Source: Octopus sinensis
Taxonomy: Eukaryota
Assembly: GCF_006345805.1 (NCBI RefSeq)
Contig: NC_043021.1
Location: 18,724,001-18,788,000, forward strand
Direction of reading: 5' to 3'
Length of the DNA stretch: 64,000 nt
Shown here piece by piece: positions 24,618 through 36,777 of the stretch; within the stretch, counting starts at the first letter, position 1; each line of letters starts with the position of its first letter. The notes beneath the pieces were generated by a model. That model ran no database searches. It saw nothing but the letters and a program-made list of their open reading frames with translations, and had not been told where the DNA came from. The translations under genes and the position numbers were made by a program.

Positions 24618-25154
24618 GCGAAAATTTTTTTCCCCACGAGATTTCCGGACCGCAGTTATGAACTCATTTGCATATACCAATCAGAGCTCAGCTATCAAAC
24701 TAATTTATGAGCGCATAACAAGTGATGGGCGATAAGATGAGGTCACTTGGGTAAGGAATGACCATGCTTCTTTTCTCTTTTAAGAATGCTTGTTGTTCTT
24801 GTTCCAACCATGGCTGCCTCTGCGTAATTATTTGTGTTGTTGACTTTCTAAAACAGTAAGGGGAGAGGGTTGCTAGCACATCGCCCTCTACCTACATTTT
24901 TCCCATCCACATTTTTACCACATGGGGCCCTAACAAAATCCGATAAGTATAGATGCAGACCTTTCAAATTACTTGTCTCTTAAAATAAAGCATAACTTGG
25001 CGATCGGTCGACTTATGACATCGTTCTTCGTCTTGATTTTACTTGGTAGAGTATGTTTGTTAACTTGACAACAAGGCCAAGGTGAGCTCTGATTGGCTGT
25101 ATGCAAATGAGTTTATTACTGGGGTCCGGAGCTGTCGTGGGGAAAAAAATTCGC
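24618..25154. mobile_element. MITE-like element with ~72-bp inverted arms, each containing an octamer and a CCAAT motif
   Basis: 24618-24690 vs 25083-25154 inverted; ATTTGCAT at 24666 and ATGCAAAT at 25101, each next to CCAATCAG/CTGATTGG. Confidence 0.7.
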
Positions 25155-25536
25155 GACCTGTTACAGCATATTCGAATATCACCATGGCTGGAGTCGATGT
25201 AAGGGGGATAACCCTGTCCCGCCTGCAACAGGGACAATTGATTTTTTTGTTTACAAAACTGACCGTTACGTAATTCTTCGTCTAGTTGTAGAGGTTATGC
25301 GCCTCCTGCCATTTACGTCTGACGTGTCGTATATACTACGAAGCGTTTTATAGGGGCGAAACCAATGTTCACTCTTTGACCAGCCATACCTTTTAACTTC
25401 CTAAAAAAATAATTTTTGCTCCTCTGCTGAGGGTGCTCCTTTTACAGATATATGAACTACTGACGATATGTGTGTGTGTGTGTGTATGGATAGTGGATTC
25501 AGTAGACAAAACTGAAAGAAACGTGTCATATGCATG

Positions 25537-26379
25537 TGTAGGGAATCTTGCATGCATGAAGTGGATTCGATCCACCATAGACACTACTACAGAACTTTTC
25601 CCACGATGGAACAATGATTTTTTTCTGACCGCAGTTTTACATTTTCCAGATGCCTTTAGCTAGGCCGAAATAATGTCTTCACTACTTGACCCTTTCTAAC
25701 CTCTTCTACTTCACCAAAAGCTACAATAGAGATAACAAGACCACCAACTAAATCTATTGTTCTCAATGATATATCTATCCTTCTGGATCTTTATATAAGC
25801 AAGCACATCCCAAGCAAAAATCAGTTCGTCTCTTCTACTTCACCAAAAGCTACAATAGAGATAACAAGACCACCAACTAAATCTATAGTTCTCAATGATA
25901 TATCTACCGTTCAGGATCTTTATATAAGCAAGCACACCCCAAGCAAAAATCAGTTCGTCACAGCCGGTGACAACTCAACGAAGTCTGGCTGACCAGCTAG
26001 GACCTTGGTCAGAGGAAGAAAGCAACTGAGACAACACCCTACGATTCTCTCTAGCTCTAATTCTGTTCTTTTACAACATCATTCTATCTCTCTCTCTGTA
26101 ATTACTACTACTAAACAATGAAGAGGACACATACACAAACTTTACTTCGCATGCTTTTGGATTTATCATAACCTGCTCGTCGAGGCAAGGTATGGTAACG
26201 TAACGGTAAATAAATACTTTCTTAAAACTTCATGCATTGTTCATCTTTCACATCTTACAACATGAAATTATAAGAAAGCATTACCGTCTCAGTTGTTGAT
26301 TTCGACCCATTATAATATTGTCTACTAATAAATATTATACAATTGGTGACCCTCAACTTCAACAATTCCAGCCGTTACA
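25537..26379 (+). mobile_element. Solo LTR (Gypsy-like) inserted in a family A SINE, with an internal 129-bp tandem duplication
   Basis: TGTA...TACA termini, 4-bp TSD catg (25533-36/26380-83), TATATAAG and AATAAA inside. Duplicated units start at 25701 and 25830; SINE halves lie on both sides. Confidence 0.7.
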
Positions 26380-26617
26380 CATGTATGTATGCATGTGTAT
26401 GTAGATTTGGGTTTGTTTACGTCCCTATAACTTAGCGGTTCGGTAAAAGATGCCGATAGAATAAGTACCAGGCTTTTAAAAAATACTGGGGTCGATTCGT
26501 TCGACTAAAAATTCTCCAAGGCGTTGGCCCAGCATGACTGCCCTCTAATGGCTGAAGCAAGTAAAAGACATAGAAAGGGGAATAACTTTGATAGACTTAC
26601 TAAAGGTTCTATATCCC

Positions 26618-27352
26618 TATTTCTTTACTACCCACAAGGGGCTATACACAGAGAGGACAAACAAGAACAGACAAACGGATTAAGTCGATTATATCGACCC
26701 CAGTGTGTAACTGGTACTTAATTTATCGACCCCGAAATGATGAAAGGCAAAGTCGACCTCGGCGGAATTTGAACTCAGAATGTAACGGCAGACGAAATAC
26801 CTATTTCTTTATTACCCACAAGGGGCTAAACACAGAGGGAACAAACAAGGACAGACATAGGTATTAAGTCGATTACATCGACCCCAGTTCGTAACTGGTA
26901 CTTAATTTATCGACCCCGAAAGGATGAAAGGCAAGGTCGACCTCGGCAGACGAAATACCTATTTCTTTATTACCCACAAGGGGCTAAACACAGAGGGGAC
27001 AAACAAGGACAGACATAGGTATTAAGTCGATTACATCGACTCCAGTGCGTAACTGGTACTTAATTTATCGACCCCGGAAGGATGAAAGGCAAAGTCGACC
27101 TCGGCAGACGAAATACCTATTTCTTTACTACCCACAAGGGGCTAAACATAGAGAGGACAAACAAGGACAGACAAACGGATTAAGTCGATTACATCGACCC
27201 CAGTGTGTAACTGGTACTTAATTTATCGACCCCGAAAGGATGAAAGGCAAAGTCGACCTCGGCGGAATTTGAACTCAGAACGTAGCGGCAGACGAAATAC
27301 CGCTAAGCATTTCGCCAGGCGTGCTAACGATTCTGCCAGCTCGCCACCCTCC
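26618..27352 (-). mobile_element. Tandem tetramer of family B SINE under one TSD
   Basis: Junctions gacgaaatacc|tatttcttt at 26801, 26959 and 27117; 14-bp TSD aggttctatatccc (26604-17/27353-66). Confidence 0.9.
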
Positions 27353-27975
27353 AGGTTCTATATCCCGTCGCCCAGTGGCTCGAAAAGCCGAGAAGGGCAA
27401 ACTGTCAAGGCACTGGCCGCTCTCTGACAGGTTTCTGACCGGGCCTGTGGCAGTGGAGACCTCTGGCGTTTTCGTCTCCCGGACTGCTCACCGCTATCGG
27501 CGCGGTGATGGCTATCCGCAAGTTCAAGGCACCGCGAATCAGAGTGACTTTTCCAGCGCATCTCCTTGCCATCCTCCGGGGCAACGCCTTTTGTCTGCTG
27601 GAACCATGAAACGGACTGACAAGCCCTTTTTGATTTAATTTAATTAATCAATTAATTTATTTGTTTAGATATTTCTTTGCTGTGAGAAAGAGGAAGGATA
27701 TGATGTCTCAGACAGACTTTCTTGTCCGAAATAAGATGATGCTGGTAACAAGTAATTAAAACAGAATAAGGGAAGAGACCAAACACTGAACGTTAATTAG
27801 GATACAGGATGCGAGTGAGGGGTGACGATCAAGAAGACTGGACGAAATGAGCGTTCGACGTACAACTTTGTTACGAAATGAAACAGGGGAAGAAAGAGAG
27901 AGAAGATTGATAGAAACGAGACAAAGACCATCTCAAAGAATAGAAATGAAAGGGAGAAATAACGATAAAGGATAA

Positions 27976-28388
27976 TACAGTTCTATATTTAAGAGATGAG
28001 GAATTTTGCACATTATTTACATTCGACGACTATTTGTCCTCATCTTGTTTGTTGTTGATACAACGTTTTAGCTGATATACCCTCCAGCCTTCTTCGGGTG
28101 TCGTGGGGAAATTTCGAGCCTGGGTTCTCGCCCACGGGCATATTGCGTAGTGGTTAAGAGCGCGGGCTACTAACCCCAAGATTCCGAGTTCGATTCCAAG
28201 CAGTGACCTGAACAATAATAATAATAAGAAGAAGAAGAAGAAAAATAACATCGAAGACTACCTTAAGAATGAGGACCCAGGTTCGAAATTTCCCCAAAGA
28301 CACCTGAAGAAGGCTGGAGGGTATATCAGCCGAAACGTTGTGTTAACAACAAACAAGATGAGGACAAATATCTGTCGAATGTAAATAA
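27976..28388 (+). mobile_element. Family H SINE (28131-28388) preceded by an inverted copy of its 3' ~155 bp
   Basis: tRNA head 28143-28208, (AAT/AAG)n, then tail. 27976-28129 is the reverse complement of the tail. Confidence 0.9.
28299..28344 (+). ncRNA. Minimal type I hammerhead ribozyme (Penelope-like-element type)
   Basis: Stem I gacac/gtgtt; core CTGAAGA+A; stem II ggctg/cagcc; GAAA; palindromic ACGT stem III; GUU cleavage triplet ending at 28339. Confidence 0.8.
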
Positions 28389-29116
28389 AGGTAAAGGAGA
28401 TTGGAATGTAGACAGTGGCGGGCAAACTGCGGCCCGCGGGACTTTCTAAATTCTCCAAGGCGTTGCCCCAGCTTAGCCTAATGAAAAATTATCTTTTTTC
28501 TTTTACCCTTTGCTTGTTGCATTCATTAGACTGTGGCCATGCTGGGGCACCGCCTTCAAGAATTTTTAGTCGAATGACTCGACCCAGTACTTATTTTCAT
28601 TACTTGGTACTTATTTTATCGATCGGTTTTGCCGAAACGCTAGGTTACAGGGACATAAATGCACCGACACCAGTTGTCAAGCTGTAGTGGGACACACACA
28701 CGCACACACATACACACACACGTGCGCGCGTGTGTGTGTATGTATGTATGCATGTATATATGACGGTCTTCTTTCAGTTTCCGTCTATCAAATCCGCTCG
28801 CGAGGCTTCTGTTGGTCTAAGGCTACAGTAGAATACACTTGCCCAAGGTGCTACGCAGTGGGACTGAACCTAGAACCATATGGTTGGGAAGCAAGCAAGC
28901 TTCATACCACACGACCACTTGAATTCTTTTAGTAATACTACCCCCGTTTCTCGAAAACGTTGCCCATGGCTGATTTAAGACAAGGGACTGAAGAAAGATA
29001 TGCAAACGAGCAAATGAAACAGAAGACGAAAGAAATCTTAGAAGAGAGAATGAAAGAATGGAGAATATGTGCTCAGGAATGAAAATGACAATAACAGAAT
29101 TCTTAAAAGAGCTTCC

Positions 29117-29535
29117 GGATCTTTTCGGTTTGAACGGCAGTTTTTTCTAGCGGTGTCATATGAAATTGTCACCCATGATTATGACCCTAGTATCGATCTA
29201 TTGCATTTCAATCTGTTTTAGGGTTAGGGTGGGGGAAGGGTATCTTTTTTTTTTCTTCACAAATGTAAATAAACCCAATCTGTTTCTTAAACGAGGGACA
29301 TATTCATACGGCACAGAATGTTGTTGTTGTTTTTTACCTCAATAGACGTCATTGATTGGTTGAAATTGCAGAAATTGAAGAAAAAAAACCAACAAATATC
29401 TTACAAACCATAGAATTTTCTCAATAAAGCCAAGAGAAAAAGATGTTTTATAAACACATTCTACCAGTATACGAAGTTTAAAATTTTTTAGTTACCTAGA
29501 AATGTTAAAAACTGCCGTTCAAACCGAAAAGATCC
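29117..29535 (+). mobile_element. Merlin-like MITE, intact
   Basis: Perfect ~28-bp TIRs starting GG and 8-bp TSD gagcttcc (29109-16/29536-43). Superfamily inferred from GG termini plus 8-bp TSD. Confidence 0.85.
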
Positions 29536-29630
29536 GAGCTTCCCCCCTAACCACGGCATGGGAACCCCTTTAAAAAAATTTTTTTTTTTCGAGTGACTTG
29601 ATCTGAGAACGTGTGACGAAACTAGACAAT

Positions 29631-29878
29631 TGCAGCGTGGAAGACATTATAGCCGATAAAGAACACACAAATACTGTTAAAATTCAGTTGCACATTTATT
29701 ATTTGTTATTTAGTGCCACACAATTTTCGTCGCACCGAACTACGACCTGGTCACTTATGCTGCAGTGAGGTCTAGTCAGTGACCAAGTCGCTGTCCGTGC
29801 GACGAAAATTTTCGACATTATATAATAAATAATAAATGGTTTTTTGAATGGCTAATATGTGTGTAATTCCACGCTGCA
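29631..29878. repeat. Imperfect ~250-bp palindrome; each arm carries a hammerhead-like motif
   Basis: tgcagcgtggaa/ttccacgctgca outer match; 29722-29755 pairs with 29778-29810. Confidence 0.75.
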
Positions 29879-30285
29879 GTCGTTAGTTAGTTCTAGCATA
29901 ATTATAATAGAAGAAAGACGGGGGTAACCCTGTTCGGTGAATACGAGCTGAAGAAATAGCAACAGGTATGACGTCACAGTTGTGGCGAGTCTTCAGTGCA
30001 TAGCAAGGCTTGTGCTGTCGATGTAAGAATATATTCGCACACACAATCATAGATGCAGGAAGACGAACTAATACACACACACACCTATGTTTGTACGTAC
30101 GCATGTATGTGTGTGTGTAAATACACTCTGCATTACATATGCATATGTTTGTGTCTGTATGTATAATTACGTACGCAAATACGCACGCAAGCTTCCAAAT
30201 AGACGATATACACACTCGCATACACATATATACGTAAATACATACACATATATACAGAGACACTGATTTATTATGTGTACTAACG

Positions 30286-30332
<47 letters not shown>

Positions 30333-31684
30333 AACACGGACATATATATCCATATATATTTGTGGATATATATATATATATATATTTCGTTTTGGGATTT
30401 GGTTTGCAAGATTCTTTATATGAGTTCGTGTGTTGAAGCATATTCTGTTGTGTCTGGGGAGTGTAATTCTCTTTTTGTGCCTTATAATGTAACACACTCA
30501 CCAGTAAAATTTCCACTTATTTCTTATTTTTATTTTCCTAAAATTTTCGTTGCGTCTTGCAACCTTTTCAATAGCCTTGAATATATATATATATATATAT
30601 ATACATACACATTGATACACAATGCGTGTAAGTGTAAACACAGGCACACATCCATTCATATAAACACACCTGCAAAAAAAAAACAGTCATACAGACACAT
30701 ACACACAATTATACGTAAATACTCACTTATGCAGAGCTACATCAATACACACATACACACACACATACATACATACACACTTGTTTAAATGTATGCGCAT
30801 ATATAAACTCTTATATAGATCCATACATATAGGTTTTCACATAAATTCAGTCATTGATGCGTATATACAGACACATAAACACACACGACGTGTGTGTACA
30901 CATTTATTTATTCTCGTGTATACATATACTAAAATACACACAGACACAGTTTCATTCATACAGCAGTCGAAGACGCCTATACACATATATACACAATCAC
31001 ACACACACAGATACGATTGTATCAAATACAGATAATTAAAGGTATATAAATACGTACCCAGATTCTCTCACACATACTTAAAAATACACAAACACAGAAC
31101 CACTTTTAAGGTGCGCGCACACACACACGTACACATTGGCGCGCACATGCACATAGAGAGGCAGACGCATAGACAAGCGCACACACTCACATCCACCCAC
31201 ATACGTACACGCACGCATTCATACAGCGAAGCTGTATACACACGCGCCATTGATGCTGTCGAACCGATGAAAGCGCGTCCGCCGTATTGCTCAACCTGCT
31301 AGAAATAGCAGCGAAATTCTCCTAATAATAATAATAATAGCATCGTATTGGGGGCGGGCGGGGGAACACTGTCCGTTGAATTATAACGTCTGAATAGAAC
31401 ATATTCTTGGCCTGAATGCCTTTGACCACTCACACACACACACTACATCACACACACACACACAAACACTACATCACACACACACACACACACTACATCA
31501 CACACACGCACGCACACAACACACACACACACACGCACGCACACAAACACACACACTACATCACACACACACACACACGCTACATCTCACACACACACAC
31601 ACACATACACAAACATATGCTTCTTCGGTCTTGATATATTTAATCAAGATAATAATTTACTCGTCGTTAATGATAACATAATCC

Positions 31685-31957
31685 GGTACTATTTAAGTAA
31701 GAGTGCGCGCGCACTCGCGTACTCGCGCATCCGTGCTAGCTAGCTAGTCGTGACTAGTCGATCCTTACTCTGTGTTTTTGTGTTTTATTTACTTTGTTTT
31801 AAAAAAATTATTTACTTTATGTAAAAAAAATTTATCTATTTTGTGTTTTATTTACTTTACTAGGTAGACGTTGTAGGATCGACTAGTCACGACTAGCTAG
31901 CGCGGATGCGCGAGTACGCGAGTGCGCGCACCGGGACCGCTCTTCTTAAATAGTACC
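31685..31957. mobile_element. 273-bp CpG-rich MITE (Merlin/Mutator-like)
   Basis: TIR GGTACTATTTAAG, ~80-bp inverted arms, 9-bp TSD acataatcc (31676-84/31958-66). Confidence 0.9.
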
Positions 31958-32161
31958 ACATAATCCTTTCTATTATAGGCGCAAGGCCTGAAATTTGGGG
32001 GAGGCAGGTTGTCGATTACATCGACCTCGGGTACTTATTTTATCGACCTGACTGGCGGAATTTGAACTCAGAACGTGAAGACGGGCGGATGAAATGCTAC
32101 TAAACCTTATGTCTAGCGTCCTAACGATTCTGCCAGCTCGCCAACTTCATTAATGTTAACG

Positions 32162-32300
32162 ACGAGGTGGTGTCAAAAAGTTCTTGGATTAGTTCTGTAG
32201 TGCGCCAACAGACGGCAGCATGCGGTTGCATGCGCAGTTGAGAGCTAGCAGTGACCTTCATGAGACAGTGTGCCAAATGACATCGCTGGGATCTTTTCAC
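32162..32300 (+). mobile_element. mariner-like left terminus fragment
   Basis: ACGAGG..GTCAAAAAGTTC start typical of mariner TIRs; no partner end seen. Confidence 0.45.
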
Positions 32301-33792
32301 TTTGACTGGCAGATTTTTAAAATAATTGATAGGTTTCAAATAAAATACTGTGGGAAAATGTATTTTTAAAAAAAGTCATTTTAAAAAAGTAATAAGATAT
32401 ATAGGCGTAGGAGTGGCTGTGTGGTAAGTAGCTTGCTTACGAACCACATGGTTCCGGATTCAGTCCCACTGCACCTTGGGCAAGTGTCTTGGTTTAACCC
32501 TCCATGATAAACGATATCCTTCACATCCTATCAAACCGAGCATAACTCTTTTCAGGTGTTGTCCTGATTTGGTGACAAATCCAACATTTTTTTTGGGGGG
32601 GGGGACTAATTTTTGTTGTTTTTACTTGGTATGATTGTGGTGAACTCCCTTTTTTTTTTATCACTTGTGATGATTCCAGCTGGGAAAAGTTTGGAAGCAA
32701 GTCAAGTCTTCAGCAACAAACAGAAAGCAACTCTTTGATTAAGCCGAGAAGCAATCAGATGATGAGGGACCCACTGACTGAGTTTAAATTGTAGCAGATT
32801 TTAAATTGAATCAACGGATAACTGTGCCAACATCACAGTGAGAACACAGTTGTTTCACATGATCGGCCAATTAACCGACCAATCAGCATCAAGCCATCAT
32901 GTGATTTAACTTTCTAGAACTTTCTAATGAGCTTTATAAAAAGGTGGGTTTTTGGTGGAAGCTTCAGAATACGAGGCAGCTGCTCGTAGAATGTTGATGC
33001 AGCTACTAATATGGCTCCTCAGTCGCAGTGGGTGCTTTTTACATGCCAGTTACGAAACATCAACATTGGCCACGACTATGGTTACACTTGGCTTGACAGG
33101 TCTTCTCAAGCATGGAATATTGCCAAAGGTCTCAGTCACTTAAAAAGTACAGAAACATATTGACAGCAAACGAAATGTATCCAGCAGCTGTAAGTGGATT
33201 CTTGTTACTGATGATGTGCAAAGACGCAGAAATCCTGGTTCAGCAATCCTACCGCTTCTAGAAGCTTTTTGTCTGCTACTGGTATACCGATATACTTTTT
33301 GGCACAATACATCTATACAAGATACTTTCTCAAGATGAATATCACAATTTATGGTGTTTTACAGTATATTTGCTTTAAGTATAATATACAGATTGCTGTT
33401 CTGAACTAATACTGTTTTCGTCGCTTTTAACAGTTTAGCAATAAAATCAAAACAAGGGCTAGACATCGCTTAGTTAGGTCTGCTCCATGATGGTTAGATA
33501 TCGCTCAATCTTGTCTGTTCTGGTTTATTCCCGAAGTAAATTGCTTACCAATATCTTTCACAGATTCTAGTTCTGTTAACAACAAATAAGATTCTTATAT
33601 AATTAATTGCTCAACTTGTTAGAAACAGCAGCTGGATGTCCCTCATATCAAACCACATATTAAGCACACGAATACATACACAGACTGGATAATGAGATCC
33701 TAGGAGAAAGGTGTCAAAACCAAGAAGGACGTGATGGTTATGACTGGAGTGTCATAACCATCAGGGTTTTCTCAATCAGGGATGACCTGATG

Positions 33793-34013
33793 CCTACTAC
33801 TACTACTACTACTATTACAATCACCACTACTTCTGCTACTCCTGCTGCTGCTGCTGCTACTACTACTACTACTATTACTACTACTACTACTACTACTACT
33901 ACTACAATCACCACTACTTCTGCTACTCCTGCTACTACTGCAACTACTACTACTACTACTACAATCACCACTACTTCTGCTACTCCTGCTGCTGCTGCTG
34001 CCACTACTACTAT

Positions 34014-34049
<36 letters not shown>

Positions 34050-34160
34050 AATCACCACTACTTCTGCTACTCCTGCTACTACTGCAACTACTACTACTAC
34101 TACTACAATCACCACTACTTCTGCTACTCCTGCTGCTGCTGCTGCTACTACTACTACTAT

Positions 34161-34196
<36 letters not shown>

Positions 34197-34222
34197 AATC
34201 ACCACTACTTCTGCTACTCCTG

Positions 34223-34253
<31 letters not shown>

Positions 34254-34618
34254 AATCACCACTACTTCTGCTACTACTGCAACTACTACTACTACTACTA
34301 CTACAATCACCACTACTTCTGCTACTCCTGCTACTACTGCAACTACTACTGCTGCTGCTGCTGCTGACAATACTGCTTACGATGACTAGCACCATCACTA
34401 TTACCATCATTATCACCATCACCTCCACAACCACCACCACCAAAATCATCACCCCCACCACTCCATTACTACTACTACTGCTGCTGCTGCTGCTGCGCCT
34501 CCTCTTACTCCTTCTGCTGATTCTATGATGAACATCACCACCAACACCAACGCCACTGCCACCACCACCACCACCATCATCACCACCACTATCACCGCCA
34601 CCGCCCTCATCATCATTG

Positions 34619-34649
<31 letters not shown>

Positions 34650-35004
34650 GCCATCCTTGCCACCACCACCACCACCACCGACACCACCACTATCGTTGCC
34701 ATCATCTTTGTCATCATCATCATTATCATCATCACCATCATCATCATCATCGCCATCATCATCATCATCGCCATCCTTGCAACCACCACCACCACCACCA
34801 CCACCATTATCAGTCACCACCACCACCACCACCACCAGCACCACCACCAGCACCACCACCAGCAACAGCAGCACCACCACCACCACCACCACCACCACCA
34901 CCACACCAGCACCACCACCAGCAACAGCAGCAGCAGCACCACCACCACCACCACCATTATCAGTCACCACCACCAGCACCACCACCAGCAACAGCAGCAG
35001 CAGC

Positions 35005-35036
<32 letters not shown>

Positions 35037-35168
35037 CAACAACAACAGCAACTGTCACTGCTGCCAAAAATTATCACCCCATCCAAACCTTACTGTCACT
35101 CCCACCCACCCCCGCTACTACTGTTGCTGCTGCTGCTGCTATAACTGATACTACTACTACTACTACTG
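33793..35168. repeat. Compound trinucleotide array (ACT/GCT/CAC/CAT/CAG) with a recurrent CAATCACCACTACTTCTGCTACTCCTGCT unit
   Basis: About 9 units in 33818-34350 separated by variable (ACT)n/(GCT)n; ORFs open in several frames on both strands. Confidence 0.9.
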
Positions 35169-35605
35169 ATTGGAGAGGCTCCTATATAAAAGCCTGCGTG
35201 CAAAAATAGCAACAGATGCCAATATTTTCCTTCCTCGTTGCTGCAACCTGTGTTGCTGACACTCAACCGGAGTCTCTTCCTTCGCTGACGATTCCAAGCA
35301 GCGAAGCAGCTTTACGACTCCACTGACTCGACTGACTCTCGTAAAACAGCCACAGAGGTAGCAGCAGCGGCGGTGGCGGTGGTGGAGGTGGCGGAGGCGG
35401 TAGCGGCGGCGGCAGTGGTAGCAGGGGCCATAAGCAGGAGCATCACCGATGTAGCAACAGTGACAGCAGCAGTGATAGCAGCACAAGCAGCAGTGTTTGA
35501 TGCATCAGCAGCTCCCCAACACATTGATGTTGTCAGCAGCAGCAGCTAGCATTTTATCTTGTCTTTGACTAGAATCCCAGCATTTCTGAAAAAAAAAAAG
35601 AAACC

Positions 35606-35636
<31 letters not shown>

Positions 35637-35876
35637 ATATAAAATAAATATAAGAGAGTGGTCACTATATGGCTCACTCTAGCACCAGTTAATCCAAAAG
35701 GTTTCAACCACAAAAATACATGTTTCCCATGTATACTATTAAATTAGTATCTAATTCTCTCACCCTTATTAATTAATTATATATATATATAATATACTTA
35801 CATACATACATACATATATAAGAGTTATACGTTCTTGTCCATGTTGTATTTTTCTACATACCTTAATATATATATA

Positions 35877-35919
<43 letters not shown>

Positions 35920-36180
35920 TATATAATATATAATATATATTATATATTATATATATATGCATGTATGTATGTTCGTGTATGTCTGTGTTTGTATATTTAT
36001 ATGCATGTATACATATATATGTAAATATATATATATTTACATATATATGTATTTATATATACATATATATATACACACACACACACACAAACACATCAAA
36101 TAATTGAGGTGGATAGGAAAATTCCAGGCAATCACCTCAGCAACACTTCATGCAAGAATGTACGTACGTATGTATGTGTA

Positions 36181-36284
<104 letters not shown>

Positions 36285-36453
36285 ATATATATTTATTTAC
36301 ATATATATGCATGTATATATATATATGCGTGTGTGTGTGTATATATATATACATGTATGTATGTATGCATGTATGTGTACATATATATATATTTATATAT
36401 ATATATATACATATATGTATGTGCATATATATATATATATATATGTATGTGCA

Positions 36454-36493
<40 letters not shown>

Positions 36494-36675
36494 TATATAT
36501 ATACATATTTGTATGTATGTATGTAGGTAGGTATGTGGAGGTCAACTTTACTTTTTATCCTTTCGGGATCAATAAATTAAGTACCAGTTGTTTACTAGGG
36601 TTGATCTAATTGACTGCCCCCGCCACACTCGCTCAAAATTTCGGGCCCTGTGCCTAGAGTAGAAAAGAAGACATT

Positions 36676-36777
<102 letters not shown>

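Noticed and set aside
26342-26356. tRNA-Trp primer-binding site (TGGTGACCC), also matching 22006-22020
   Set aside because: Lies inside the TSD-bounded solo LTR; a 15-mer match is expected by chance in 64 kb.
27367-27630. GC-rich coding segment
   Set aside because: No recognisable motif in any frame; probably a decayed retroelement fragment that I cannot assign.
28136-28210. Functional tRNA gene
   Set aside because: Acceptor stem does not pair, anticodon differs among copies, no terminator; it is a SINE head.
35163-35586. Minus-strand coding exon after a strong acceptor at ~35587
   Set aside because: Stops interrupt the frames shortly after the acceptor and the peptides are low complexity; could be non-coding but is unsupported.
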